NCBI GenBank assembly: GCA_044225555.1
Contig: JBGAIM010000018.1
Coordinates: 73,382-137,381 of the forward strand
Direction of reading: 5' to 3'
DNA: 64,000 nucleotides
Source of the DNA: Limisphaerales bacterium
GTDB lineage: Bacteria > Verrucomicrobiota > Verrucomicrobiia > Limisphaerales > JADLHS01
The notes below the pieces were generated by a model. That model ran no database searches and was not told the origin of the DNA. It saw only the letters and a program-made list of their open reading frames with translations. Below, in pieces: positions 1 through 9,889 of the stretch. Both the position numbers and the translations under genes were made by a program. The first letter of the stretch is position 1, and the number at the start of each line of letters is the position of its first letter.

Positions 1-1108
1 CGTTCGAGGTGCCGATGAAGAGATTGTTGACGGCGGAGACGCGCCCGCGTTTTTCATTCGGCGTCAGCAACTGCACCAGGGTGTGCCGCACCACGACGCT
101 GACATTATCCGCGGCGCCGCACGTGAACAGCAGGAGAAACGAGAGCCAGAACCAATGGGAGAGACCAAACCCGATGGTCGCCACGCCGAACACGGTCACG
201 GCCAGGAGCAACGAGCGTCCCGCCTTTTGCAGGGGAGGCCGGTGCGCCAGGACAAAAGAGCAAAGGATGGCGCCCAGGGGCAGCGCGGCTTGAAGCAGGC
301 CGAGCCCGTCGGCTTCAACATGCAATATCTCCTTTGTGTAAACGGGCAGCAGGGCGGTCGCGCCTCCGAGCAACACGGCGAACATGTCGAGCGAAATGAC
401 CCCGAGGATGATGCGATTGGTGAACACGAAACTGAAGCCGGTCAGCAGAGTCTTCAGCGACATTTTCTCGGCGACGACCGGCACATGGTGGATTCGCAGG
501 CGCGCAATCAGGATGGCGCAGACCACCGCCGCGATGACATTGAGGGCGTAGATGGGTGCGGCATGGTTGGTCAGATGCAGGAGTTTTCCGCCGGCGACCG
601 GTCCGATGATGGATGAGGCTTGAAAGATGGAGGCGCTCCAGGTGACCGCGCGGGAGAGTTCCTTGCGTTCCACTAGCTGCGGCAGGAAGGAGGCGCTGGC
701 GGCCGCGAGGAAAGTCCGCGCCGTGCCGGTTACAACCAGGCAGAGGTAAATCAGGAACACGGGCGCGCGCGCTGCCGAGATGATGGCCAAACCGACGTTG
801 GCTGCCGCGATGAGCAGCGTCATCAGGACAATGATGCGTTTCCGATTGTAGCTGTCGGCGAAATGACCGGCTGGCAACGTCCAGAGGATCATTGGCACTA
901 CCTGGGTGAGCCCCACGAATCCCAGCGCCAGGGCCGAGCCGGTACGTTCGTAGATTTCCCAGCCCAACGCCGTGGCAAACATCTGTTGCCCGACAATTGC
1001 CACCAGCCGCGCGATGAAGTAGAGCCGCAGGTCGCGGTTGCGCAAGACCGCGTAGGGATCGGTTTTCCCTGCGGTGCTCGGCGCTTCGGTTGATCCCGAG
1101 GGCGGCAT
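1..1108 (-). CDS. MFS transporter (EntS/MFS_3-like), C-terminus cut by window edge
   Basis: Own minus-strand translation from ATG 1108-1106: MPPSGSTEAPSTAGKTDPYAVLRNRDLRLYFIARLVAIVGQQMFATALGWEIYERTGSALALGFVGLTQVVPM... The frame is open and TM-rich down to position 1. Absent from the ORF track because it has no in-window stop. Confidence 0.8.
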   Translation of the reverse strand, partial: MPPSGSTEAPSTAGKTDPYAVLRNRDLRLYFIARLVAIVGQQMFATALGWEIYERTGSALALGFVGLTQVVPMILWTLPAGHFADSYNRKRIIVLMTLLIAAANVGLAIISAARAPVFLIYLCLVVTGTARTFLAAASASFLPQLVERKELSRAVTWSASIFQASSIIGPVAGGKLLHLTNHAAPIYALNVIAAVVCAILIARLRIHHVPVVAEKMSLKTLLTGFSFVFTNRIILGVISLDMFAVLLGGATALLPVYTKEILHVEADGLGLLQAALPLGAILCSFVLAHRPPLQKAGRSLLLAVTVFGVATIGFGLSHWFWLSFLLLFTCGAADNVSVVVRHTLVQLLTPNEKRGRVSAVNNLFIGTSN

Positions 1109-1388
1109 GCCAGGGCGGGAAGTTAAACGCTATTGGCCCGGCGTCGAGCGTTCTCCCGGCCAACCAGAGTGGCAGCGGGCGGAACCAAGGCCGCTCGGTG
1201 CAAAATCCTGGCGCCGGAGCACGCGACGCTACGGCTCGCAGCGCGAGGCATTCCACCGACTGACCGTCACCTTGCGGTCGCGCTCGACGCAGCGGGGGAC
1301 GCAGAGTATCCAACCGCGAAACACGCCGACCGACTTGCTCCTTCGTCCCATTGTGGCGGCCAGCTTCCCGGGCAAACTGGCAGGCTCA

Positions 1389-2021
1389 ATGATTGAGATG
1401 CCAGCGTTCCCAACGAACATGAATTCAGCCGAACAATTTGAAGCGATCGTCAACGAGCATTACGAGCCGCTATACCGGTTCGCGCTGAGCCTCACGCGCT
1501 CGAAAGCCGATGCCGGCGATCTCACCCAGCACACGTTCTACATCTGGGCGACGAAAGGTCATCAACTGCGCGATCTCTCCAAGGTCAAGACGTGGCTGTT
1601 CACGACGTTACACCGGGCTTTTCTCCAGGGACGCCGCCGGCAGAGCCGGTTTCCCGAACAGGAATGGGATGATGCCGTCGAGCAATTGCCGGCCGCCTCG
1701 CCGACGCTGGGAGATCGCGTGGATGCGTTGCAGGTGTTGCCGGCACTCGCCGAGTTGGACGAAATCTATCAAGCCGCGGTGGCGCTTTTTTACCTGGAAA
1801 ACCACGCCTACAAAGACATCGCGGTCATGCTCGACGTGCCGCTCGGCACGGTGAAATCGCGCATCGCCCGCGGCATCGCGCAGCTCCGGGAAATTATGTC
1901 GGACGGCTCGAGTCCGCGGATTCCGTTGCGGGCGGCGAATTGGGATGGGGCTTTAGTCCCAGTGCCACTTGGGAACCGACCGCTACCGTATGAATCACAA
2001 ATGAGTCACGTCCGCGATTGA
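1389..2021 (+). CDS. ECF-type RNA polymerase sigma-70 factor
   Basis: Track ORF 1074..2021, trimmed to ATG 1389 (alternative 1419). Region 2-like YEPLYRFALSLTRSKADAGDLTQHTFYIW and region 4 HTH YKDIAVMLDVPLGTVKSRIARGIAQLR. Confidence 0.85.
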   Translation: MIEMPAFPTNMNSAEQFEAIVNEHYEPLYRFALSLTRSKADAGDLTQHTFYIWATKGHQLRDLSKVKTWLFTTLHRAFLQGRRRQSRFPEQEWDDAVEQLPAASPTLGDRVDALQVLPALAELDEIYQAAVALFYLENHAYKDIAVMLDVPLGTVKSRIARGIAQLREIMSDGSSPRIPLRAANWDGALVPVPLGNRPLPYESQMSHVRD

Positions 2022-2047
2022 ATCGCGGTAGTAACCAAACCTCAACC

Positions 2048-2353
2048 ATGTATAACAAAGAAAACCTGACCAAGATCAAGAAGCTGAACGAACTCGCGCC
2101 CGAATTGATGAAGGCGTTCTGGGCCTTCGACACGGCGGCCGTCGCCGACGGAACCATTCCCGTGAAGTACAAGGAACTGATTGCCATCGCCGTCGCGTTG
2201 ACCACGCAATGCCCGTATTGCATCGAGATCCACAACGGCAATGCGCGCCGGGCCGGAGCCACGGACGCCGAGATCGCCGAGGCCGCGATGGTTGCCGCAG
2301 CGCTGCGGGCGGGAGCGGCCGTGACTCACGCGACGCACGCGTTGGCCGGCTAG
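2048..2353 (+). CDS. Carboxymuconolactone decarboxylase / AhpD-like family protein
   Basis: ORF 2018..2353, ATG at 2048. KELIAIAVALTTQCPYCIEIH contains the CxxC motif typical of the CMD/AhpD family. Lies immediately downstream of the sigma factor. Confidence 0.75.
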   Translation: MYNKENLTKIKKLNELAPELMKAFWAFDTAAVADGTIPVKYKELIAIAVALTTQCPYCIEIHNGNARRAGATDAEIAEAAMVAAALRAGAAVTHATHALAG

Positions 2354-2434
2354 AACCATGAGGGCCAACCCGGTAACCGCGATTGCCTTTCACTGCGAGC
2401 GAAGATCGTGTCTCCGGCTACGCGGTTGCGGTCT

Positions 2435-3784
2435 TCAGAGAAGTTCCGGCGCGGCGAGGCAGTAGAGGAAGTGTTCGCCGCGCAAATACAATTCTCCCCC
2501 CACCACTGCCGGAGAGGCGCTAAACGAGTCGTTGAGTTGGTTGACGGCCAGGATCGCATTCTCGCGGTCGTGGCGCAGGACAATCGTTGCCCCATCACGA
2601 CCGGTGACGTAGATCCGGCCGGCAGCGCCAACGGGCGAAGCGAAGATGAAGTCGTTGATGCCTTCAAGTCGAAGGGGTTCACCGCGCGGCTGGCCGGTCG
2701 TGGGTTCGAGCCGGGAGAGAATATTCTGATTGTGCCGCAGAAAATAGAGCGTATCGCCGTAGAGCAAAGGGGAGGAGACATACGGCGTCATCCGGTTGAG
2801 TTTCCACGCGACGCGGTCCGTGCCGGTGAGATCGCCTTTGGCTCCCGACAAACGGATGGCCAGCATCGCCTGCTGGTAATAGCTGTTGCCCGTGATCACC
2901 ACCCCGTCCGTAAACACGGGTGACGAGACAACATTATCGGTCAGGCCTGCGCACTCCCAAAGCAGCGTTCCGGTGGCCAGGTCGTAACTGCGCACACGCT
3001 TGGTCGCGCTGACAATCACCTGCGTTTTGCCTTCGTAATCCACCACGAGCGGAGTGGCCCAGGCGGTCTTTTCGTCGCGGGCGGTTTTCCAGAGTTGTTT
3101 GCCGGTGCGTTTGTCGAAAGCATAGAGGAAGGAGTCGCCCTCGTGATCCCAACAGACGATCAGCCTGTCGCCATGGAGCACGGGTGAACTGCCTTCGCCG
3201 TGGGCGTGGAGGGTATGCATCCGACCCAGGTCCTTCTGCCATTTCACTTCCCCTTTCAGGTCCAGGCAGTAAAGCCCGCGCGAACCGAAGAAGGCGTACA
3301 GATGTTCGCCATCGGTCACCGGCGAATTGGACGCGAGACTGCCGGTGACGTGGCCACCCTCGTGCGGCCATTCCTCGCGCAGGACTTTCTGCCAGGAAAT
3401 GCTTCCATCCCGCCGGCTGACGGCCAGGGCAATGAATTGGTGGCGGCGCGTAACCGGCACGCTGTCATGAACCCCGGGGGCATCGTCATGGACTGGCTTT
3501 TGAGCCTCGCCGACCGGCACGGCGGCCAGGAGATAAACCGAATCGCCGAAGACAATCGGCGAAGCGTGTCCCTGGCCCGGCAAAGAAATCTTCCACCGAA
3601 GGTTGTTGGTTTCGCTCCAGCGAATCGGCGGGTCTGCGTGCGGGGCGACTCCATTGGCCAGGGGCCCGCGCCACTGGGGCCAATTGCTGAGCGCCGCCGC
3701 ACTGGCACCCGCTCCCCCTGCACCCGCCGGTGCGGATATGGCGAGCAGACCACTCAGGGCTAAAAGGAATCGCGTTAGCGACAT
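2435..3784 (-). CDS. Secreted PQQ-like beta-propeller repeat protein (BamB-like fold)
   Basis: Signal peptide MSLTRFLLALSGLLAISAPAGA, then WPQWRGPLANGVAP and repeated G..Y....G.L.C.D...G...W propeller-blade motifs. Confidence 0.75.
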   Translation of the reverse strand: MSLTRFLLALSGLLAISAPAGAGGAGASAAALSNWPQWRGPLANGVAPHADPPIRWSETNNLRWKISLPGQGHASPIVFGDSVYLLAAVPVGEAQKPVHDDAPGVHDSVPVTRRHQFIALAVSRRDGSISWQKVLREEWPHEGGHVTGSLASNSPVTDGEHLYAFFGSRGLYCLDLKGEVKWQKDLGRMHTLHAHGEGSSPVLHGDRLIVCWDHEGDSFLYAFDKRTGKQLWKTARDEKTAWATPLVVDYEGKTQVIVSATKRVRSYDLATGTLLWECAGLTDNVVSSPVFTDGVVITGNSYYQQAMLAIRLSGAKGDLTGTDRVAWKLNRMTPYVSSPLLYGDTLYFLRHNQNILSRLEPTTGQPRGEPLRLEGINDFIFASPVGAAGRIYVTGRDGATIVLRHDRENAILAVNQLNDSFSASPAVVGGELYLRGEHFLYCLAAPELL

Positions 3785-3899
3785 TGGGAACGACAGTCAT
3801 GGCTGCGCGTTATTTCGTCAACGGTGAAAGTTTTTCCAGGATCGATTTTGGGGCAGCCGCGCTTTCAGGCTTCGCGTGTTGCCTGGAGGGCGAGGACCT

Positions 3900-4955
3900 T
3901 CACCGCTTGAATTTGACTTGGTCGCGGATGATCGAGATGATTCTAGGCGCGGAATTGGGTGGGGCATCGGCTGGCAGGACTTGAAGCTGTAGCAAAGTGC
4001 CTGGCGCGCCGCGGACCATTTTGACGATCTCGGTCAGGGAAACATCCCGCGCGTCCACGAAAGAGTTGTCGCCCTGGGCCAGCGCGAGAATGCGGTCGCC
4101 GGGTCGGATTTGGCCACTGCGGTCGGCGGGGGTGCCGGGGACAAGTTCCTGGATGACCGGATAGCCGTCGCGCACGGCGAGGGCAGCGCCGATGCCCACG
4201 GGGGCCGTGGTGCGAATGGCTTCCAGCGCCGCCGCACGTTCCGCCGGATCGGGGAGTTTTTCCGACCATTGTAAAGCAGCCTCGGTATCTTTGCGGCCCC
4301 ACTCCGCGAACACAGCATCGTAAAAATAGCGGCGCTCGGTTTCGGGAACACGGTTGCTGAGAGCGAAAGCGGAGACCGGATCGTGGCTGACCAGGGTGCT
4401 GGCTGTCGCTTCCAGCAGAATCGCGCGGCCCTTTTCATCGGTCAGTTCATTGGCCCACGCCACGGCCAATTCCGGATTTTTGACGAGCTCCAAACCCAAT
4501 CCCACGTCCAGTCCATAAACAGCAATGGCCTGGGCGCGGCTGCGAGATGGGCCTAATTCGCCCTGGGTCCATTCCGTCACCAGGGTAAGCAGGGCGGTTT
4601 CGCGCTCGGTATCGTCCGTGAGTCGCTTGGCCGCGCGGAGGGCCGCCGTCGGCTCGCCGGCCGCCAAGGCGCGGAACTGGTCGCGGATGCCGGCCAGGCG
4701 CTCAAGCTTGTTGGTGCTCAATATGGCTGGGGCGTCCGGCTCGGGCGAGAAGGCCGGTTCGTGCTCAGTGAGCGCGACCGGCTCCGGGAACCTCGGGAGC
4801 CGTGGCGTATCCGGTGGCGCCGACGCAGCGGAAAGAGTAACCTCTGTCGGTGCCGGCTCAGAATTCCTGGATGAGCCGGGCGGACGGAGCCGGGCAACGA
4901 TGATCGCCAGTGCGATGCCGGTAACGATGCAAGCCGTGACAACTTTTGTTCTCAT
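3900..4955 (-). CDS. Membrane-anchored PDZ domain protein
   Basis: N-terminal TM segment VVTACIVTGIALAIIVA. C-terminal PDZ-like GIGAALAVRDGYPVIQELVPGTPADRSGQIRPGDRILAL...GAPGTLLQLQVL. Confidence 0.65.
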   Translation of the reverse strand: MRTKVVTACIVTGIALAIIVARLRPPGSSRNSEPAPTEVTLSAASAPPDTPRLPRFPEPVALTEHEPAFSPEPDAPAILSTNKLERLAGIRDQFRALAAGEPTAALRAAKRLTDDTERETALLTLVTEWTQGELGPSRSRAQAIAVYGLDVGLGLELVKNPELAVAWANELTDEKGRAILLEATASTLVSHDPVSAFALSNRVPETERRYFYDAVFAEWGRKDTEAALQWSEKLPDPAERAAALEAIRTTAPVGIGAALAVRDGYPVIQELVPGTPADRSGQIRPGDRILALAQGDNSFVDARDVSLTEIVKMVRGAPGTLLQLQVLPADAPPNSAPRIISIIRDQVKFKR

Positions 4956-5612
4956 CCGCTCACCTGATCAGGGGAACGAAACTACCTTGCCAGCGGTGGG
5001 CCTTCAATACTTCAATGGACGGTAGTTTTTGGCCTCCGCAGTTGCGACGGTCATGCGAGTCACCGGCGGACTTGGTCCCGTTCAACCCGCCGTGCGCAAA
5101 GGGAAGTGGAAACTGGCGACGCTCCGAGCTTCTCGCCCGTGGGAAGGCGCAGAAATCGCATGGGGAATAATCCCTGAACTTCGCTTTGGGATTGGGCAGG
5201 AACTTCCCTCGCGACCGGCGACCCACAGTCACGGTTACTTTTCCGGGTCCAACAAGGAGTCCGGAGATTTCAGAAAATCCCTGCTAGACAAGGCGGAACC
5301 TCAACTTTAGAGTCAAAAATCCTGAACCGGATGAACAACAATCCCGTCGCTCAATCATAAAGGTAGGCCGTTCTCGCGAGTATGGACGAGAAACCACATC
5401 AGGCAAAATCGAAAGCGGACATGCCGCCACCGCGGAAGCCGCCTGGTCTCAGTTCGGTCGCGGGCGCAGGTGGGGACGACTACAGGAAGCGAGAGGCTGT
5501 TCGCATCTCGTTGCCGCCGACGCCCACAGAAGTGCCGCAGATTTCGCCACCGACGGATTCCACCACATGAGCAATTTACACCAACGGCAAAACCTTAGGT
5601 GACATCACGCGT

Positions 5613-5906
5613 ATGGCCATTCTCGCAGCATTATTTGGTTTGGTGGTTGCGACGGCTCTGGTTGCATTTGTGGCTGGCGTGCTGACTCGCAGTCGTGCCC
5701 TCGCGATTGCCATGACACTGATTATCGTCGAGGCCAGCGTTCTGTTTATTTTATACCACAACATCGGGAGTTCTTTTTCATCCGATGTTCCAGAGGTTAT
5801 TGGCGTGCCGCCGTTTCTTGCCATTGCGGTCGCGCCGGTTATTCTGCTTACAGCATTTTTCTCGGTGCGCTCCGTCGAGCGGATGCGCAGGGACAGACAA
5901 GTATGA
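5613..5906 (+). CDS. Small hypothetical membrane protein (3 predicted TM segments)
   Basis: 97-aa ORF that is strongly hydrophobic (ILAALFGLVVATALVAFVAGVL, VPPFLAIAVAPVILLTAFF). Sits in a lower-GC accessory patch. I recognise no family. Confidence 0.4.
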   Translation: MAILAALFGLVVATALVAFVAGVLTRSRALAIAMTLIIVEASVLFILYHNIGSSFSSDVPEVIGVPPFLAIAVAPVILLTAFFSVRSVERMRRDRQV

Positions 5907-5963
5907 CAAGATTCCCGTGCGCGGGGTCGCTGGGGCGTTAGGCTGCCTATCGCGCGTCACTCA

Positions 5964-6485
5964 ATGATTCGATACTCACATGTCAGCCTTCTAATTCCAT
6001 GCGACGCCAAGAGTGCGGCGACCATCACGACGGCTCTCGGTGTTCAGCCGACTCGCATTCGCGAGGACAAGTCGCAGGGGCAGCGTGAGGGCGGCGGTTG
6101 GGAGGAGCATATCCACCACACTTGGATGCTCGATTCCCCCAAGAGTCACACTGATGGCGACCCGACGGCGCGGCTCTACGCGCTGGCCGATACCATTGAG
6201 CCTTTCGCTTCGCGACTGCCAAGCCTCCGACCGCAGTTTAGGGCGTGGGTTGACATCATTTATCACATTACGCCGCAGCACCCACACGGTGTCATGGGCG
6301 AGTTTGATTGGTTCCGGATGCCTGCGGAGTTGATGCGACGTTACAGCGCGTGGGATTTGGACGTTTCTTACGAGTCGTTTTGGTTCGATCATCCCGACTG
6401 GATTAGTCCGACACGCGGTGGTTGGTGGAGCAGATTGTTCGAGTCATTCAAAAGACGGCAGCCGCTTAAGAAACTGAGCGAGTAA
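5964..6485 (+). CDS. Hypothetical protein, DUF4279-like
   Basis: 173-aa ORF. The N-terminal pattern (SLLIPCDAKSAATITTALGVQPTRI...) resembles DUF4279 proteins as I recall them. Not verified. Confidence 0.4.
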   Translation: MIRYSHVSLLIPCDAKSAATITTALGVQPTRIREDKSQGQREGGGWEEHIHHTWMLDSPKSHTDGDPTARLYALADTIEPFASRLPSLRPQFRAWVDIIYHITPQHPHGVMGEFDWFRMPAELMRRYSAWDLDVSYESFWFDHPDWISPTRGGWWSRLFESFKRRQPLKKLSE

Positions 6486-6487
6486 GT

Positions 6488-6700
6488 TCATGCGGTGCAA
6501 AGGAGTTGGAAGCCCAGGGCGGAGGCGTTTTGTTGGAGCCGTTTGATTTTCTTTTGCCGCAGTTTGGCTTCGGCGGCCGAGCCACACCGCCAGATCGTAA
6601 GCCTGCTGGTATTTGAGCAGATGACAGAGGATGCGCGCCAACTCACGCGCCACGGCGATGCTGGCTTCGGTTGTCCGGTCGGGTTGTGAATAACTTCCAG
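6488..6700 (-). mobile_element. IS110-family transposase C-terminal remnant, frameshifted and lacking the N-terminus
   Basis: One frame reads TEASIAVARELARILCHLLKYQQAYD. The adjacent frame ends AEAKLRQKKIKRLQQNASALGFQL. Both are typical IS110 C-terminal motifs, but in two frames and with no catalytic domain upstream. Confidence 0.5.
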
Positions 6701-6844
6701 CGGAAGGTGATGGACATTCGGTCGGGCTGGATTTTCAATCACGGCACGCTTCGTGGAGGCACGAGGCGACGGTTCCTCCTCCGGCCTGTCTCCGCTCGTG
6801 TGAGCGTCGGGCAGCATTAACACTATGGTGTCGCCCTTGATTCA

Positions 6845-9800
6845 TTGGGATCGCAAAAACTCCGCTCTTCTATGCAAGCAGCAAAATCTATCCGGCAGCG
6901 CGCAGGGTGGTTCATCGGGACCTGCCTCATCGTTTCATGTCTGACCAGCCCGGCGCAGGTGCTGCCACCGGCGTTGCTGGTGGAGGACCAGAACCATTCA
7001 ACGCCCCTGGCCATTTCCACCGTGGACGTGGAGGTGCGCATTCACGGCCCCATCGCCGAAACCCGCATGACCCTGGTTTTCCGCAACGAACTGAGCCGGC
7101 CCTTGGCGGGCGATCTTTATTTTCCGTTGCCCGTGGGTTCAACCGTCAGTGGGTATGCGTTGGACGTGAACGGAGCCATGGTGGACGGCGTGGCGGTGGA
7201 CAAGGACCGGGGCCGGCAGGTTTTTGAAACGGAAGTCCGCAAAGGGGTGGACCCGGGACTGGTGGAATGGACGCGCGGCAACCATTTCAAAACCCGGGTC
7301 TTTCCCATCCCCGCCCGCGGCACGCGCACGGTTCGGGTCAGTTACCTGAGTGAAGTCCAGCCGGACGAGCGCGGCGATCGTTACGAATTGCCGCTGCATT
7401 TTAAGGAGAAGCTGAAGAACTTCCACCTGCGCCTGGAAGTCGTGAGCGCCGAGGATAAGCCAGTCACCCGCCAGGGCCCGCTGATGAACCTGCAGTTCAG
7501 CAAATGGCGGGAGGGTTACGTGGCGGAGGCCCGGCGCACGAACGCGAGCCTGGTCGGCGATCTCGTGATCAACCTGCCGGCAGTGGAGAAGCAACCGGTG
7601 TTGGTGGAGAAGGCGAGCGACGGCCAGTATTACTTTTGCGCCAGCGATTTGCCGGTGGACCCGCGGCCGAGGCAATCCAAGCTGACCTTGCCGACGTTGA
7701 ATCAGTTGACGATTTTCTGGGATGCCTCGGGGTCGCGAGCCCAAACCGACCATCGGCGTGAACTGGACTGGTTGCGGACCTGGTTCGCCCTTTACACCGG
7801 GCGTTCGCTCAAGGTCAATCTGGTGCCGTTTCGGAATGCGCTGGACCCGATCCAGCGTTTCGTCGTGACCAACGGCGATGCGTCCACCGTGTTGAGCGCG
7901 ATTTCGCAGATTGCCTACGATGGTGGGACGCAAATGGGTTGCCTGACGAATCTTCCTGCAGCCGGTCCCAATTCGGTTGGTTTCCTGTTCAGTGACGGTC
8001 TGGGAAACATCGGTCGAACCGAACCGGTCGCGTTGGACAGGCCGTTGTTTATCTTCACGGCGGATCAAACCGTGGATGAACCGTTTCTGGAGCACCTGGC
8101 CCGGCGGTCGGGCGGCGACGTGTTCTCGTTACGGCGACTGAACGACCAGCAAGTGCTCGCGGCCATGGCGACCAGGCCGTTTTCCTTCCTGGCGGCCGAG
8201 TTGCCGGCCGGCGGCGTGGCCGGGCTTTGCCCGCAAACTTCGCGCCGCGTCTCAGGGCGCTTCACCTTGGTGGGGAAACTGACCGCACCCGAAGCTGCAC
8301 TGCTGCTGAAATACGGGGCCGGCGGCAAGGAGCTGTCCCAGGTGAAATTCCGGGTGGCGCGCAACGCGGCGGTGGGCGGCGGACTTCTCCGCAAGTATTG
8401 GGCGCAAAAGAAACTGGCGGAGCTGTTGGTATTGGAAAAGCAGAACCAGGCGGAGATAGCGGAGCTGGGCCGGCAGTACGGCTTGGTGACACCATTCACC
8501 TCGCTGATCGTGCTGGAACAGGTTGAGCAATACGTTGAACACCGGATCACGCCGCCCAAGAGCCTGCCACGAATGCGGGCCGAGTACGCCCGCATCGTTG
8601 AGGAGCAGGACCAGGTGGCGAAACGCGAAGAACGCGAGAAGACAAACCACCTCCTCAAGTTGTGGAATAACCGCGTGACGTGGTGGAACAAGCAGTTCAA
8701 GTATCCGGAAGATTTCAAATTCCGCGAGTCGCGCGGCGCCGGCGAACCTGAGGCGGTAGCGAGCAGGCCAAGCCGAAGCCGGGCCTTGGGTGTGACCCCC
8801 ATTCCTCCCCAAACCGTGGCATCTCCTCAACCGGACAACGCTGGCGGCCTGTCTCCGGCACCAGCTTTGGCGATGAATGAATCGGTGCTCTTCCACATGG
8901 ATGCGGCAACACTTGGCGGTGGCGGTCGCCGCCCGGAACCGCAGCCCGGCATCGCCATCAAAGAGTGGGATCCCAAGACGCCTTACCTCCAGGCGCTCAA
9001 GCGGGCGGGCAGCAATGACGCTTTTGTCGTTTATCTGACGCAGCGCAAGACCTACGGCACGTCACCCGCCTTCTTTCTTGATTGCGCCGAGTTCTTCCGC
9101 CGGCGAGGGCAGACCGAACTCGCGATTCGGGTGCTCTCCAACATTGCCGAGCTGGAACTCGACAACGCGGCCCTGCTGCGCGTGCTGGCGTATCGCCTTC
9201 TTCAAATCGGCCAACTCGATCTGGCCTGCGGTCTCTTCGAGGACATCCTCAAGCTGCGCCCGGAAGAACCGCAGTCCTTCCGCGATCTGGCCCTGGCTCT
9301 CGCGCAACGCGGGCTTGCTTCCCATAATGCGGCGGACTGCCGTCGCGCTTTGGAACTTCTGGCTCGCGTCGTCAACCAGAAGTGGGACCGGTTCGACGAG
9401 ATTGAGGTGGTCGCGCTCATGGAGCTGAATTCGTTGTGGGCGGAATACGAGCGGCGCTTTCCGAACGAGAAGTTGAAGTTCCCCGTGGATGCACGGCTGA
9501 AGAAGCTGCTCGATCTGGATGTTCGCATCCTGCTGACGTGGGATGCCGACCTGACGGACATAGATCTGCACATCACCGAGCCTTCCGGTGAAGTGGCGAT
9601 GTACAGTCACAACCGGACCACCATTGGCGGACTGGTCAGCCGGGATTTCACCCAAGGTTACGGGCCGGAGGAATACTGTCTGCGCAAAGCCATGCACGGA
9701 TCGTACAAGATTGAAGCCAATTACTATGGGTCGCAATCGGTGGGCGTCATGGGCCCGGTGACCGTCCAGGCGGAAGTCATCACTCATTTTGGCCGGCCCG

Positions 9801-9877
9801 ATGAAAAGCGCAAAAGCCTGACCTTGCGCCTGGAAGAGAAAAAGGAAACGGTCGTCGTCGGCGAGGTGGAGTTTTAA
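6845..9877 (+). CDS. VIT domain protein with vWA-like, TPR-like and C-terminal DUF2135-like regions
   Basis: N-terminal VIT pattern (VDVEVRIHGPIAETRMTLVFRN...DLYFPLP...SGYALDVNG...VFETEVRKGVDPGLVEW...FKTRVFPIPARG). C-terminal DVRILLTWDADLTDIDLHITEPSGEVAMYSH...GYGPEEY (DUF2135-like). A later ATG at 6872 is a possible start. Confidence 0.75.
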   Translation: MGSQKLRSSMQAAKSIRQRAGWFIGTCLIVSCLTSPAQVLPPALLVEDQNHSTPLAISTVDVEVRIHGPIAETRMTLVFRNELSRPLAGDLYFPLPVGSTVSGYALDVNGAMVDGVAVDKDRGRQVFETEVRKGVDPGLVEWTRGNHFKTRVFPIPARGTRTVRVSYLSEVQPDERGDRYELPLHFKEKLKNFHLRLEVVSAEDKPVTRQGPLMNLQFSKWREGYVAEARRTNASLVGDLVINLPAVEKQPVLVEKASDGQYYFCASDLPVDPRPRQSKLTLPTLNQLTIFWDASGSRAQTDHRRELDWLRTWFALYTGRSLKVNLVPFRNALDPIQRFVVTNGDASTVLSAISQIAYDGGTQMGCLTNLPAAGPNSVGFLFSDGLGNIGRTEPVALDRPLFIFTADQTVDEPFLEHLARRSGGDVFSLRRLNDQQVLAAMATRPFSFLAAELPAGGVAGLCPQTSRRVSGRFTLVGKLTAPEAALLLKYGAGGKELSQVKFRVARNAAVGGGLLRKYWAQKKLAELLVLEKQNQAEIAELGRQYGLVTPFTSLIVLEQVEQYVEHRITPPKSLPRMRAEYARIVEEQDQVAKREEREKTNHLLKLWNNRVTWWNKQFKYPEDFKFRESRGAGEPEAVASRPSRSRALGVTPIPPQTVASPQPDNAGGLSPAPALAMNESVLFHMDAATLGGGGRRPEPQPGIAIKEWDPKTPYLQALKRAGSNDAFVVYLTQRKTYGTSPAFFLDCAEFFRRRGQTELAIRVLSNIAELELDNAALLRVLAYRLLQIGQLDLACGLFEDILKLRPEEPQSFRDLALALAQRGLASHNAADCRRALELLARVVNQKWDRFDEIEVVALMELNSLWAEYERRFPNEKLKFPVDARLKKLLDLDVRILLTWDADLTDIDLHITEPSGEVAMYSHNRTTIGGLVSRDFTQGYGPEEYCLRKAMHGSYKIEANYYGSQSVGVMGPVTVQAEVITHFGRPDEKRKSLTLRLEEKKETVVVGEVEF

Positions 9878-9889
9878 GAGGCGGCCTTG

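Noticed and set aside
315-1313. 332-aa ORF on the minus strand (and + strand ORFs 9..293, 83..616)
   Set aside because: The sequence is Arg/Pro/Gly-rich and low-complexity. It is an out-of-frame shadow of the real MFS transporter frame, which translates as a coherent TM protein over 1-1108.
5382-5570. 62-aa Pro-rich ORF
   Set aside because: It has no RBS, low-complexity composition and no family resemblance. Support is insufficient to annotate it.
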